Of a stretch of DNA of 57,883 nucleotides, positions 34,869-47,700 are shown one piece after another. Every line of letters begins with the position of its first letter. The stretch's first letter is position 1. The notes under the pieces are model-generated. The model was not told the DNA's origin. It saw only the letters and a list, made by a program, of their open reading frames with translations, and made no database searches. This DNA is from Octopus bimaculoides (Eukaryota), in assembly GCF_001194135.2 (NCBI RefSeq), contig NC_069000.1:14848298-14906180 (forward strand), in the 5' to 3' direction. The translations under genes and the position numbers were made by a program.

Positions 34869-36420
34869 TATGAAACATCATGAAAATTGAGGTCGATTTG
34901 CCTTTCATCCTTTCAGGGTCAATAAATTAAGTACCAGTTACACACTGGGGTCGATGTAATCGACTTATTCCCTTTGTCTGTCCTTGTTTGTCCCCTCTAT
35001 GTTTAGCCTCCTGTGGGCAATAAGGAAATAAGAATTGTTAACACATGAGCAAAATACTTAGTGGCATTTTGTCTGTCTTTATGCTCTGAGTTCAAATTCT
35101 GCCGAAGTCGACTTTGCCTTTCATTCTTTCGGGATCGATAAAATAAGTATCAGTCAAGCATATATGGGGTTGATGTGATTGACTAACCCTCACCCCACCA
35201 AAAAAACTCGCTGGCAATGTGCTAAAATTTGAAACCAATATTATGTATTTAGGTGTGCATGTATATATATAGTGTGCGTGCGCGCATGCGTGTGTTGATA
35301 TCTAGGTAAGTGTGTCTGTTCAATTCATGAAAGCATGGAAAACAGATGTTCAAATGATGATAATATGTACACTCACTCACACACACGCACACACACACAA
35401 AGGCACATGCACTCACTCACATACACCTGCATACTCACTCACACTCTCTCATTGTCACTCACTCTCTGAATTTCGCTCTCTTTCACACTCTCTCTCGCAC
35501 ACATACTTTCACCCATTCATTCATATACACACACATACATACACACATACCTACATACATACATGCATACCTACAAGCATACAAACATACATATATATAT
35601 ACATGCAAACATACAGACATAAACATGTGCGTGTTCACAAATTACATGTGGCTGGCTGGTTAATTAATGAATGCTCCAGATTTAATTATTGTTTGTCAGT
35701 CCAATTTATTTGATGGTTTATCTTCGGTGGTGTAAATTGTCAGCCATAAGTAATAAAGTCTCTTCTGGAAAAATAAATAAATAAATAAATAAATAAAATG
35801 TGTTGATTAGTATGTAATATTCAACAAATAGAGTATTTAGTCTTTTTTTATATAGGAAAAACTGAATCAGTTTCACTCTTAATTACCACCACCACCACCT
35901 TCAAACAACATCACCAAATACTACTGTCATCATCATCATCAACAACAGCTACAACACCTTCATCAACAGCACCACCATCATTATCTTTATTGTCGTCATC
36001 ATCATCATAATCACCAGTATTATTTTACCCTTATTATTTATATATATATATATATATNNNNNNNNNNNNNNNNNNNNNNNNNNNNNNNNNNNNNNNNNNN
36101 NNNNNNNNNNNNNNNNNNNNNNNNNNNNNNNNNNNNNNNNNNNNNNNNNNNNNNNNNNNNNNNNNNNNNNNNNNNNNNNNNNNNNNNNNNNNNNNNNNNN
36201 NNNNNNNNNNNNNNNNNNNNNNNNNNNNNNNNNNNNNNNNNNNNNNNNNNNNNNNNNNNNNNNNNNNNNNNNNNNNNNNNNNNNNNNNNNNNNNNNNNNN
36301 NNNNNNNNNNNNNNNNNNNNNNNNNNNNNNNNNNNNNNNNNNNNNNNNNNNATATAATATTAGGGACAAAATCCAAAATTACAGGTAAAAACATATCTTT
36401 ATCTTATGATATTTACTTTG

Positions 36421-36462
36421 TATTATATTATATTATATTATATTATATTATATTATATTATA
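36421..36462. repeat. (TATTA)n pentanucleotide microsatellite
   Basis: About 8 perfect copies. Confidence 0.95.
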
Positions 36463-38364
36463 CTCATTTATTGTGCTTTTAATTATTAATTTTTCTATAC
36501 GTGATAGTGGATTTTCATCGATGAGTCTTGAAACTTGGTTCTTTTCCCTAAAACTATATATATATATATATATTGTTTAACATCTGCCTTCCATGCTAAT
36601 TTAACATCCATTGTCCATGTTGGCATGGGTTGAATGGTTTGACCAGGGCTGGTAAGCTGATTTGGCATGGTTTCCATAGCTGGGTGTGCCCTTCATAAAT
36701 GCCAACCACTTTACAGAGTGTCTTGGGTGCTTTTATGTGGCACTTTCATGAGTGCTTTACATCACCTGAAGGACTAGTCTTAACACACACACATACATAT
36801 AATCCACTTACAAGGCTTTGGTTGCACTGAGGCTATAGTAGAAGACACTTGCCCAAGATGCCATGCAGTGTGACTGAACCCAGAACTATATGGTTGGGAA
36901 GCAAGCTTCTTACCACACAGCCACTCCTGCTCCTATATGTAACGGTTGTAAGATGTTAATGTCGCAGGATTACCAATGGTAACAATAATTGTTATTTACC
37001 AATTGTACTGGTTATAAGATGAACGATGAAGGTGATCAACATTTTTATAGAAATAATTATTTACCGTTACTTTATATGTTGCCATACCACGACGGGTAGG
37101 CCAGTGCAATAGTATAACAGTTTGTATGTAAAGCATACAAGGTAAAGAATTTCGGCCTGTATCTGTATGTACACTTTCTCATAGTAGTATTTATATATAG
37201 AGAGAGATGGTAGTGTTATAGAGAAAAGGAAATGCTAGTGATAGTTATAGCGTGTGCGACGTTGTCTCACAGTGGCTGACAGTAACTTCATTTCTCCCTC
37301 TGGCCAAGGTTGTAGTTGGTCAGCCAGACTTCGTTCTCCTTGAGTCGTCACTGGCTGGTGACTAGCCTGTTGAGGCGTCACCGNNNNNNNNNNNNNNNNN
37401 NNNNNNNNNNNNNNNNNNNNNNNNNNNNNNNNNNNNNNNNNNNNNNNNNNNNNNNNNNNNNNNNNNNNNNNNNNNNNNNNNNNNNNNNNNNNNNNNNNNN
37501 NNNNNNNNNNNNNNNNNNNNNNNNNNNNNNNNNNNNNNNNNNNNNNNNNNNNNNNNNNNNNNNNNNNNNNNNNNNNNNNNNNNNNNNNNNNNNNNNNNNN
37601 NNNNNNNNNNNNNNNNNNNNNNNNNNNNNNATGAAGTAGAAGAGGTCAGCAAGGGTCAAGTGGTGGAGACACCGCTTCGGCCTAGCTAAAGGCGTCTGGG
37701 ACATATCTAACTGCTGCCAGATCAAAACCGTTGTTCCACCGCAGGAAAAGTTCTGACGCAGTGTTAATTCAAATTTGTGTATAGTGGATCGAATCCACTT
37801 CACGCCTGCAAGATTCTTATATATATATATATATATATATATAAATGGCAGTGCCCCAGCATGGCCACAGCTCATGAGCTGAAACTAGATAAAATGAAAA
37901 AATGAATATATATATATATATATGTTTGTGTGTGTGTATTTGTGCTTGTCACCCACCCCCGATTGATAACTGGTGTTGGTTTGTTTACATCCCCATAATT
38001 TAGCAGTTCAATAAAAGAGGCTGATAGAATAGGTAAGTATCAGACTTTAAAAATAGGTACTGCTATTGGTTTCTTTGAATAAACTCATCAAGGTAGTGCC
38101 CCAGCCTGGTTGCAGTCTAATGACTGAAACAAGTAGACAAATAAAATATGTAAATGACTTTCTTACAGGTTCGAATATTCCTCAAGTATATTTGAACTGG
38201 TAACAAGTTTATATTTGATTTCATACTTTAATGAATTTTGATAAGATTAACTCTCACACACAGACACACACACACACATATATAATACACACATATAATA
38301 CACATGCACAACATACATACTATTCAAGGTTTTGTGAGGTTTCTACTCTTTCATTGTTAGTCAG

Positions 38365-38526
38365 GTGAGCGTTAGAAGCGGTTTCCATGACATTTGCAGG
38401 TCCATCCAGAGAGTTGAAAATGAAGCCCCCTATCTTAGTGCATCACTAAAAAAAAGCATGAACAGGGAGCAGCTCGAATGTTCACAACAGAATGAACTAT
38501 CATTAAAAACATCCAAGGACCAAGAG
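38365..38526 (+). CDS. Candidate 162-nt symmetric exon, VSVRSGFHDICRSIQRVENEAPYLSASLKKSMNREQLECSQQNELSLKTSKDQE
   Basis: Pyrimidine tract plus CAG| at 38364, 54 open codons, weak GAG|GTAGTG donor; alternative acceptor TTTGCAG| at 38399; no homology recognised. Confidence 0.2.
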
Positions 38527-39132
38527 GTAGTGGTGTTAAACAGGGCCGTGTGTTGGGACCTCGTTCCCCATATACAACCTCTCTAGATCTTCCTTTTTCG
38601 TCAGTCACATTCCTCATTTTTGTTTTTGGAATGCTCACGCTCTTTCCTACAGAGAGAGAGAATTATTGTATGAGATATTGCTCACAGATTACTCATGACC
38701 ACTCTCTACCGGCTATATGGTAATCTGATACTTCTATCTGTTATAAGAGAGTCTAAATCGATAACGAACGACGAATTCAAAAGCAAAAACAACAAAAGCT
38801 AAAGGGTCGTTCACAGTGTACATTATTTAGTTTGACGCTCAAAGAAAGTTTTAAACGGAAGTACACTATTTGTGCTCTAACTGGTTTGAGTACGGACGTT
38901 CTTCCATAGACAAAACCACTTGTTTAGACAGTTTTCACTTTACCTTCATTCATTCAGTCAGTTGTTTGGCATTCTTATAGAACACGCCTCGCATAACATC
39001 TCTCGTATCTTTTTACAGTCTGACCTCTTCGCAACGCTTCCTCGTTTACTTCCCACTCATAAACATTAAACTTGTCGCTACCAAACACACTAAACTGCTT
39101 TACTCATTTATTTATATTATTATTAAAAAATT

Positions 39133-39652
39133 ATTGGTTTCAAATTTTGGTACAGGGTCTGCAAGTGTGTGACAGTGGGTAAGTCGATTATATCGACGCC
39201 AGTGCTCGACTGGTACTTATTTTAACGACTCCGAAAGGATGAAAAGCAAAGTCGACCTCGGCGGAATTCGAACTCAGAACGTGAAGATGGACGAAATGCC
39301 GCTAAGCATTATGCCCGGTGTGCTAACGCTTCTACCAGTTCGCTACCTTTTTATTAAAAAAATATTGATTTAATATAGAAGGAATCGAGGCGGTAGAATC
39401 GTCAGAGCATCAGAATAAATATCTTTCAATATTTGTTCCGATTAAGGCGGCAACCTGACGGAATCGTTAGCACGACGGGGAAAATGCTTAGCGGCATTTC
39501 ATGCGTCTTTATGTTCTGAGTTCAAATTGTGCCAAGGTCGACTTTGTCTTTCATCCTTTTGGAGTCGATGAAATAAGTACCAGTTGAACATTGGAGTCGA
39601 TTTAATCGACTTGGGTCTTCCCTCAAAACTGCTGGCCTTGTGTCTGTAATAA
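39133..39652. mobile_element. Head-to-head inverted pair of family B SINEs (39133-39348 -, 39445-39652 +)
   Basis: Both match the family B consensus and retain CpGs. Confidence 0.85.
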
Positions 39653-39708
39653 TTCGACTGTGCGAACCAAAGGAGATGGCGACGTAGACGGAAAAGGCTC
39701 CTTTTTAC

Positions 39709-39777
39709 CATGTCGCACGGTCGAACACAAAATAAGATATATAAGATAGAAGGCTCGTCGTGAGAGATACGAGCCAT
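39709..39777 (-). CDS. Candidate first coding exon of a leftward gene (MARISHDEPSILYILFCVRPCDM)
   Basis: ACT-ATG-G Kozak context and ATG|GTAAAA donor at 39708. An alternative frame ends in a signal-peptide-like RRAFYLIYLILCSTVRHG at the same donor (phase 1). Confidence 0.25.
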
Positions 39778-40465
39778 AGTGCCAGTAAAAGAACTTAGGA
39801 CAGACGACCGATATATATATATAGAGAGAGAGTAAGTTTATTAACATAGTGAAACTGCTTGTGTCTGTGTGCGTGCATGCGACATATATAAATAACACAG
39901 TATATAAGTCAGGCCTTCGTGTACAAGAGAATGTATACAACAATGTGAAGTAACGGACAGTCGTATAAGCAATAGTGTGTGTACAATATGTGAGAGTACA
40001 AGTGTGCGTGTGAATGAGAGGAACACAGAACATAGAAAGAGTGTCTGTAACATAGACTAGAAGTCTCAAACACTGAGATAGAGAAATACCAGTTCGTATT
40101 AGAGTTACACAAGGAGTTAGAATGTTCATACGCAGAGTTGTATCACAATATGCGTGTTGAGCGTCGAATACTGTGACCGTTTACCTTATGCGGAATATTC
40201 TCGCTGGTTAGTTCTGACTGTTGCTCGTGGTGGAAACAATTCACTCAAACAGTGTCGATATAAAATCGAGTGTGTTGATATTGGTGTGTACCTGGTGGTG
40301 GGGTTGCTGGCGCACGGCATTGTGGTAGACAGTACATAGGTGGTGAAGACGTCGGCGCTGGAACTGGTTGTAGCTGTGTTCTGTATGTGTGGTCAGCGAC
40401 CAGACCTGTGAGAGATCTGGAATCGAAGACGATTGCTGTCGTTGGATCGGGCGAAACAGGGCTCA

Positions 40466-40580
40466 CCGGAAACCCAGTAAAACTCTCTCACGTGACCTTA
40501 TCCTAAGGCTACGATTGGACGTAATCCACCCTTAGCAAGCAGACCATGGCGACTATTGCCGCGCAAATAAGAACCAATCA
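40466..40580. promoter_or_regulatory. Promoter-like motif cluster in a CpG-rich island
   Basis: CCGGAA (ETS core) at 40466, TCACGTGA E-box at 40488, inverted CCAAT at 40514, CCAAT at 40574, CATGGCG at about 40545, followed by (GA)n at 40637-40675. Confidence 0.55.
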
Positions 40581-40634
40581 GGATGGTGGACAGAAGAGTC
40601 CTAGGCAGCCTCGTTATCATTTATGATTGAATGC

Positions 40635-40677
<43 letters not shown>

Positions 40678-42639
40678 TTCACTACATGTCAAAATTTGAA
40701 ACCAATATTTTTTGCAGTTCTTAACATCCGAGTTCAAATCTAGCTGAGGTAAACTTTGTTTTCCATCCCTCGATAAAATAAACTACCAGCCAAGTAATGA
40801 AGTCGATTGTAGCGATTAACCCGGTCCTCTCAAAATTGCAAGCCTTGTGCTGATGTTAGTAACAATTATTGCAGTGAGAAGCCCACCATTCATCTTCCTT
40901 TTCTTTTCTTCAAACATAGCATAACTTTCAAGTTTCGTTCTTCCGAATAATAAAGCTCAAAACATAAATTTCGCTCTTTAATCGGACCCCTTATTACTTT
41001 ACGTACACTTTAGGCCATTATTTGGAAGGGAATAAATAATTAAAGCATCACTCAACCATTAATTGACCACGAACGTTGTGGAGCTGTAGGGGTAAGCTTT
41101 TCTGACAAACCGAGAGACTTCGCTTCCCAATTGTAATCATTTCACTTTACATATATTAACTCCTTAGAAATACCAATAAAGACTCAGCTATAACAATCCT
41201 CTTCTGCTTAACTCTCAGCTTCTATTCACTCGAACATATTTTATTGTTAACTCTTTGCCTGTCCAGACCATTTCCATAAGTTTCTTTTAAATGTCTATAC
41301 ATGTTTTCAGGCTTTTAGGCCTTGTTTCGTTTGCTCTGAGTAAGATAAAGCTATATGCAGTATGTCGAAATGGTTCATTTTCGACCACATTAAAACCATT
41401 TCTTCTAGATCTATAATATTTGGAAGCTGCAGAGATTATTTGTCTTGAAAATGTCACATCTATTTTTGTCACGTACATCATGCCACGTAAATGAAAATTG
41501 TGATCACGTTGTTCGGGAAACTCATTAGCACTTTTGAAATTTCACGGTCAGTATATATAAACACCATGCTACTCTAGAGAAATCCAGAAGAATTAGCAGT
41601 TAATATCTTCAGGTGAAAAAAGGCGGCGAGCTAGCAGAATTATTAGCACGCTGGGCAAACCGCTTAGCGGTATTTCGTCCGTCTTTACGTTCTGAGTTGA
41701 AATTCCGCCGAGGTCTGATAAAATAACTGCCGTTTGAACAGTTGGGTCGATCAGATTGACTCCCCTCTTCCGAAACTGCAGATCTTGTGCCAAAATTCGA
41801 AACCAATATTCGATCGAAATAATCAAAGCAAGTGGACTTATCCTGGCTTAATATCTGCAAAATTACACGTTCCATACTTAAGTTGGGTACTTGCTTTTTA
41901 CCATTCATTCACTTGCCAGAGCTCCTAAATGATGTTGTTAATGATGATCTAACCATACCTGAAGAGGTAACAGAACTGTGGAAAATGACCTACTTTTTGC
42001 AAGAAATTTCATCAATTGAGCGCAGTATGGATGTGTGCTCGCTTTGAAACCGCACGGTTTTAGGTTCAGTCTGACTGTACCGCACCTTTGGTAAGTGTCT
42101 TCTACTATAACCCCAAGCCGACCAATGCCTTGTGAGTAAATTTGGTAGATGGAACCTGTGTAGAAGCCCGTCGTATGTATATATATATGTGCGTGTGTGT
42201 ATGTAGTTATGTCCGTGTGTGTTTTCTCTCCCCACATCACGTGACATCGGTGTTGGGTTGAAGACGGTCTAGGTAAATCTCACTCAAGAAAGTCCTATAA
42301 AAGAAGCTTCTTATGTGTTGAATGACTGATCATTTGATCAGAGACGAATTGAGGCCCTAAACACTTAAAAGATTTTAGTGTCCCCATAAATGATTATGTA
42401 ATTTAAAATATAAACAATAACAAACCAGAAAATAAATTTTGATTTTTCAAAATGAAATGAAACAGGAAGAGGGGAAAATAATGTTTATTTTTGTATACTT
42501 CCACTTTATATTTGAAAAGTTTCCCCCTACTTCTTTGAATTGCAAAGTCTATGATCAGATCCTCAAAATTAATCTTAGGTAACACATCTGCATCTATACT
42601 TAATAGAGATTTCTTTCGTGCCGTAAACCATTTACCATT

Positions 42640-42711
42640 TCTGTGGTGCCCCCTCCTTCGCTTGATGCCCCAAGCACGTGCTTATTTTGCTTAATGGTTA
42701 ATCCAGCGCTG
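42640..42711 (-). mobile_element. hAT (Tip100-like) terminal fragment
   Basis: Reverse complement CAGCGCTGGATTAACCATTAAGCAAAATAAGCACGTGCTTGGGGC resembles CAGGGCCGGATTAACC-type hAT ends; the other end was not seen. Confidence 0.5.
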
Positions 42712-43716
42712 CATTAGATGTTTATTTTCGAGTAACAATCACAATAAATTGTAATGCAGTGTACGACAAACTGGTTACTGTGAAACGGATGGGACGGCCA
42801 CTTTGTATACGTGTGTTTACTGTAGTCGAAGGTATGTTATGTTTAAAGGATGGGGTGGCCAAAAACCACGCTACGTCACTGACTTGTTTTAATAGTATAA
42901 CACAAATAACATTAACATTGCTAGTTTTGTATCAAAATAGTAAAATCATTTTTCAATTAGAGCTGAATGCGCCAAATTGATGTCATCTTTGGAATCATTA
43001 CCCCAAATACACAAAATAGGCTAATTTTAAAAGCACTAAAATCTCTTTTGGTTGGTGCTATAGGAAAATAAAATAAATTATGGAAGCCACTTATTACGAT
43101 CGCAAATAAGGTTATCAAACGGTTATTTATATCAAAATTAGTGGATCCCAAATACGTTCACGATATAGTTATATTCAATGTTTAATAGAATCAGCCAGTT
43201 ATTGCTATGTAAGAGGCCCCCTTCCAGATTGATCACAATAAGCGACTTTCACTTGTAGTTAAGGTGTTCTGTCTATCTTTATGTTTCGTCTACATCTATC
43301 AGTCTGTTTATTTCACAGTCTATTTCTATCCGCACGTTGTCTGTCTAGCAGTCTCACTATTTCAACTGCTTGCTTGCCCGTCTATCTATCTACAAAACTC
43401 ATTATCTGACTTCTCTTCATATCTGTGTATTTGTTTATAAGAAGTATGTGATTGACGCCGAGTCTGCCTTGCGGCTCGGTTCACGGTTGACAACGGTAGC
43501 AGCAGTAGCAGCGAAGAGAGAGTGAGAGAGATATGTTAGTCGAGTTAGGTGGGGAGAGAGAGAATTATGCACTTGTAGTGTGTCTCTCGTAACCGCCCCG
43601 AAAAAAAGTTAGAAAAAAAAATGAGAGAAACAAAACTCGACGTCAAAAAGTAGAAGACTAACAACAACAATTAACAAACACAATAGTACCCGAGAAACCA
43701 CTAAACTTGTTATCTT

Positions 43717-43744
43717 ATGGGGCTTTCCTTAGGAAAAACAGACG
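43717..43744 (+). CDS. Candidate first coding exon of a rightward gene (MGLSLGKTD, phase 1)
   Basis: ATG GGG ... GAC G|GTAATA, downstream of a CpG-rich, UTR-like leader from about 43450; the Met-Gly start is myristoylation-like. Confidence 0.3.
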
Positions 43745-44132
43745 GTAATATGTATGATATAGCAGCGGAGAGTGTCTGTTCAAACTGGTAGTTGTTGCTG
43801 ATATGAAATTCACTGACCATTTGCTTTACTTTAGTTAAGTTAGAAGTTAAAGCTATCTCATACTAAACGAAGCAAATGACATACATTATAAAGCTCTTTT
43901 TATTTTCATAAGAAAAAAATTACTTTACTTTCTGGACAAAAACCAAGTGATTGATATTAACTTACTCTGACCGAACGAGGCTATTTTCAGTTTTCAAGTT
44001 AGGTGTAAAAACTTTTAACTTTTGAGAGTCGGAAACTTTTCGTTTTATACATGTATGTAATAAATTAATGGAAAAACTAAACTTTTCTGGATGCTGTCAA
44101 ACTATATATTGTGCCTGTTGAATGTATTCTAG

Positions 44133-44167
44133 CTATGGATCAAATGGAAGGACTAGCCGATATGGAA
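44133..44167 (+). CDS. Candidate 35-nt exon ((A)MDQMEGLADME)
   Basis: TATTCTAG| acceptor and consensus GAA|GTAAGT donor; phase 1 to 0, in frame with 43717-43744. Confidence 0.4.
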
Positions 44168-44692
44168 GTAAGTTATTATTATTATTATTATTTATGTTAT
44201 TGTTATCGTGTGGGGGTGCTCTGATTGTTGGCCCCTGAGTGGCTGTTGTTTTTTTATTAGGACCAGTTACATTATAAATATTACATTTCATTATTTTATT
44301 GTTGTTTTTCGCTGATACTTTTCTTTCCTCGATATAAGCTCACTACAGTTTTGTATGTAACGTACTCTCACCCGTTGCTCTTGTGACAATAAAAGAAATA
44401 CTAATAACGATAATTGTAGTAATAGTTATTATTACTAAATAGGCGACGTTGATTTTGGCTTTTTTTTTTCCTGGGTACATGCGGGGGTGGAGGTCGATAA
44501 TTTAAGTATTAAGTACTGGCGTCAATAAAACCAACGTGCACACACACACACACACACACACACACTCTCTCTCTCCCTTAAGGATATGGTTAGAATAATA
44601 ATTAAGAACTATTAACATTTATTGTTATTATTATTAAGGATTTTTATTATTCATGTTAATATGATATCCTCTGCAAATTTTTATTGTGGTAG

Positions 44693-44704
44693 CTTTCACA
44701 AGAG
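44693..44704 (+). CDS. Candidate 12-nt microexon (LSQE)
   Basis: TTTTTATTGTGGTAG|CTTTCACAAGAG|GTAAGT; phase 0-0, in frame with the previous candidate exon. Confidence 0.3.
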
Positions 44705-47700
44705 GTAAGTGTGNNNNNNNNNNNNNNNNNNNNNNNNNNNNNNNNNNNNNNNNNNNNNNNNNNNNNNNNNNNNNNNNNNNNNNNNNNNNNNNNNNNNNNN
44801 NNNNNNNNNNNNNNNNNNNNNNNNNNNNNNNNNNNNNNNNNNNNNNNNNNNNNNNNNNNNNNNNNNNNNNNNNNNNNNNNNNNNNNNNNNNNNNNNNNNN
44901 NNNNNNNNNNNNNNNNNNNNNNNNNNNNNNNNNNNNNNNNNNNNNNNNNNNNNNNNNNNNNNNNNNNNNNNNNNNNNNNNNNNNNNNNNNNNNNNNNNNN
45001 NNNNNNNNNNNNNNNNNNNNNNNNNNNNNNNNNNNNNNNNNNNNNNNNNNNNNNNNNNNNNNNNNNNNNNNNNNNNNNNNNNNNNNNNNNNNNNNNNNNN
45101 NNNNNNNNNNNNNNNNNNNNNNNNNNNAAAAAAAAAAAAAAAAAACGATTCGAGTTTTATGTCTAAGTGTGTACATACACTACATCTGATTGTGTTCGTA
45201 ACGGCGTAACACTGCAAACATGTGCTTGATAATTTTCTCCTTTACATGGAGCTAGGCATGTATTCATATTTATTACATGTAATATATAATATCATGCATG
45301 CATTTACTGAAGATCGTAATTTGGGGTAGCTTCTGCGTGGTCGCTCTCGATCTGCTTGATGAAGTAATGGCCAAATCTCGCCCCGAATCCTACCCTACCG
45401 TCTTAAATAGGACAAGGACAAATTAGATAACGAACTCTTACATATTCCCTAAAAGATGGAATGGTCACGGCTGGAATAGCTCGGAGCTGAGTTGATCCAG
45501 GGCAAAATATAAACGGTAATGATTTGATAAAAATAAATGACATACTTAATTGTAAACAACAATTATAGAAATAATTGACACACCAACACACACGTAAAAA
45601 TCTAAAAGCAAAAAACTAAACAAACTAGACAGATAATTATAAAAAACAAACAAAACAAGAACTAAATAACTTTTAGTAATTTTGAAATGTCAAAACTATT
45701 TCGTTTGCTGAAGTTTTTAACTCGTATATTTCGTTTACTTGTGGAATATTCATGGAATACTTTTCAAAATTGGGAATTGGGACTTTGCTAATGGTTTTTT
45801 TTTTCCCTTTTAAATGTCAGTATTTCTTGAACGTAGCTTAAGGTTTTCTTCATAGAACTTCGTATAATTAATTTTCTGAAGAGATATTTATCTACATGGG
45901 GTGTGGCTATAAAGCCATCTGAAAAAACACAGGGTAACAAAAGCCGACGAAACACCTCGGCAAAAGTGTAGCGTCACGCCTTGCCTTTCATTTGAATAAA
46001 ACTATCGATCTGTATGTGTGTGTAAAACACAAACTTTCAAACACAGTTTACACACTTGGTTATATAACCACCTTTTCTTTTAATCATTCACGTTTTTTTT
46101 TATTTCTGACTTTTATAAGATACATATTCAAGAGAAGTTGGTAGACATGTCACTTCTTTTGGTTTCGGTCATGAAGCGAAATCGAAACGTGACGTGGGAG
46201 AAGCCTTGCCGGTAACGCAAACAAAAGTAAAAGAAACGTCAGGCTGAGGTAATTGACAGTCTCTCGATATACTAGAAACAACAGCCAAATTTCTCTCAAA
46301 GGAAAACAAACGGAAAGGTTGTGATATCTAATAATATAGTTTCTGATATAGGAAAACACGGATTCGATTCGTCGTCAAAGCCGTTTCTCTTTACTTAGGC
46401 GACTACAATGCTTTTGGGGGAGAGAGCCCCCCTCCCCCCACATATAATCTAACGTTAGACAGGTAAAGTGAAGGGATCGATTTTCATGAAAGGATCTGTT
46501 TTCACTTTTTCTCGTTTAGTTATGCTTATATATTCGTAAGTTTGTTTCGTTTCCTTTCGGTTAGACGAATACATATTATTTTACAGCCGGACGCGTTTCC
46601 TGTCACTAACACTTATCTATTTTTTTCAAGTAAGAAAGTGTTCATTCAACTCGTTTTGAAAGTACAGAGCTATCGGATGATTTGTTGTCAACAAATAACA
46701 CCGCCCATAACTTACTTCTGCTGAGAAGGTAAATATGCACACACATCAGTGGCGGCTCGTCTATATGTACTGCATAACTGCAGCACCCTTTATGTTCTGA
46801 GTTCAAATGCTACCAGGGTTGACTATGTCTTTCCTCTTTTCAGAGTCAATAAAATAAGTACCAGTTGAGCACTGGGGATGATGTAATTGACTTACCCACT
46901 TCTTTAGAATCACTGGCCTTGTATGGAAGTGTGTGGTTTCGTGGTTAGGATGTTGGGCTCATGATTGTAAGATTGTGGTTTCGATTCCTGGACCGGGTGA
47001 CACATTGTTTTCTTGAGCAAAAACAATCCATTTCACATTGCTCCAGTCCACTCAGCTGGCAAAAATGAGTAATCCTGTGACGGATCAGCATCCCATCCTG
47101 GTGGAGAATTTATACACCATGGAGACTGAAACCGGCCTTTATGAGTTGGCAACTCTTGAGAAGGCAACGTTATCTTTTTGTTACTGGTCTTGTGCCAAAA
47201 TTTGAAATCATCATTGCAGGCTTTAAAGCACTAAAAACTATTTTTCTCGAATTTGTACTAATAAAATAGGGATGCATCTAATTTGTGTGCATCTTTTATG
47301 CCATCAAATACGGCAAGCTTGTTTGCCAAATGTAAACCCTTTAGTTCAGAGGTCCTCAATTTATGGACAAAGTGCTTAGTGGCATTTCTTCTGACTTTAT
47401 TTTCTGAGTTCAAATNNNNNNNNNNNNNNNNNNNNNNNNNNNNNNNNNNNNNNNNNNNNNNNNNNNNNNNNNNNNNNNNNNNNNNNNNNNNNNNNNNNNN
47501 NNNNNNNNNNNNNNNNNNNNNNNNNNNNNNNNNNNNNNNNNNNNNNNNNNNNNNNNNNNNNNNNNNNNNNNNNNNNNNNNNNNNNNNNNNNNNNNNNNNN
47601 NNNNNNNNNNNNNNNNNNNNNNNNNNNNNNNNNNNNNNNNNNNNNNNNNNNNNNNNNNNNNNNNNNNNNNNNNNNNNNNNNNNNNNNNNNNNNNNNNNNN

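Noticed and set aside
40546-40626. ACC-ATG-GCG ORF MATIAAQIRTNQDGGQKSPRQPRYHL
   Set aside because: Only 26 codons with no good donor; it overlaps promoter motifs and is better read as a regulatory CATGGCG site.
46587-46628. In-frame exon candidate PDAFPVTNTYLFFS
   Set aside because: The sequence resembles the CAGC.GGATGCCCTTCCT segment of the RTE-related repeat, so it is probably repeat-derived.
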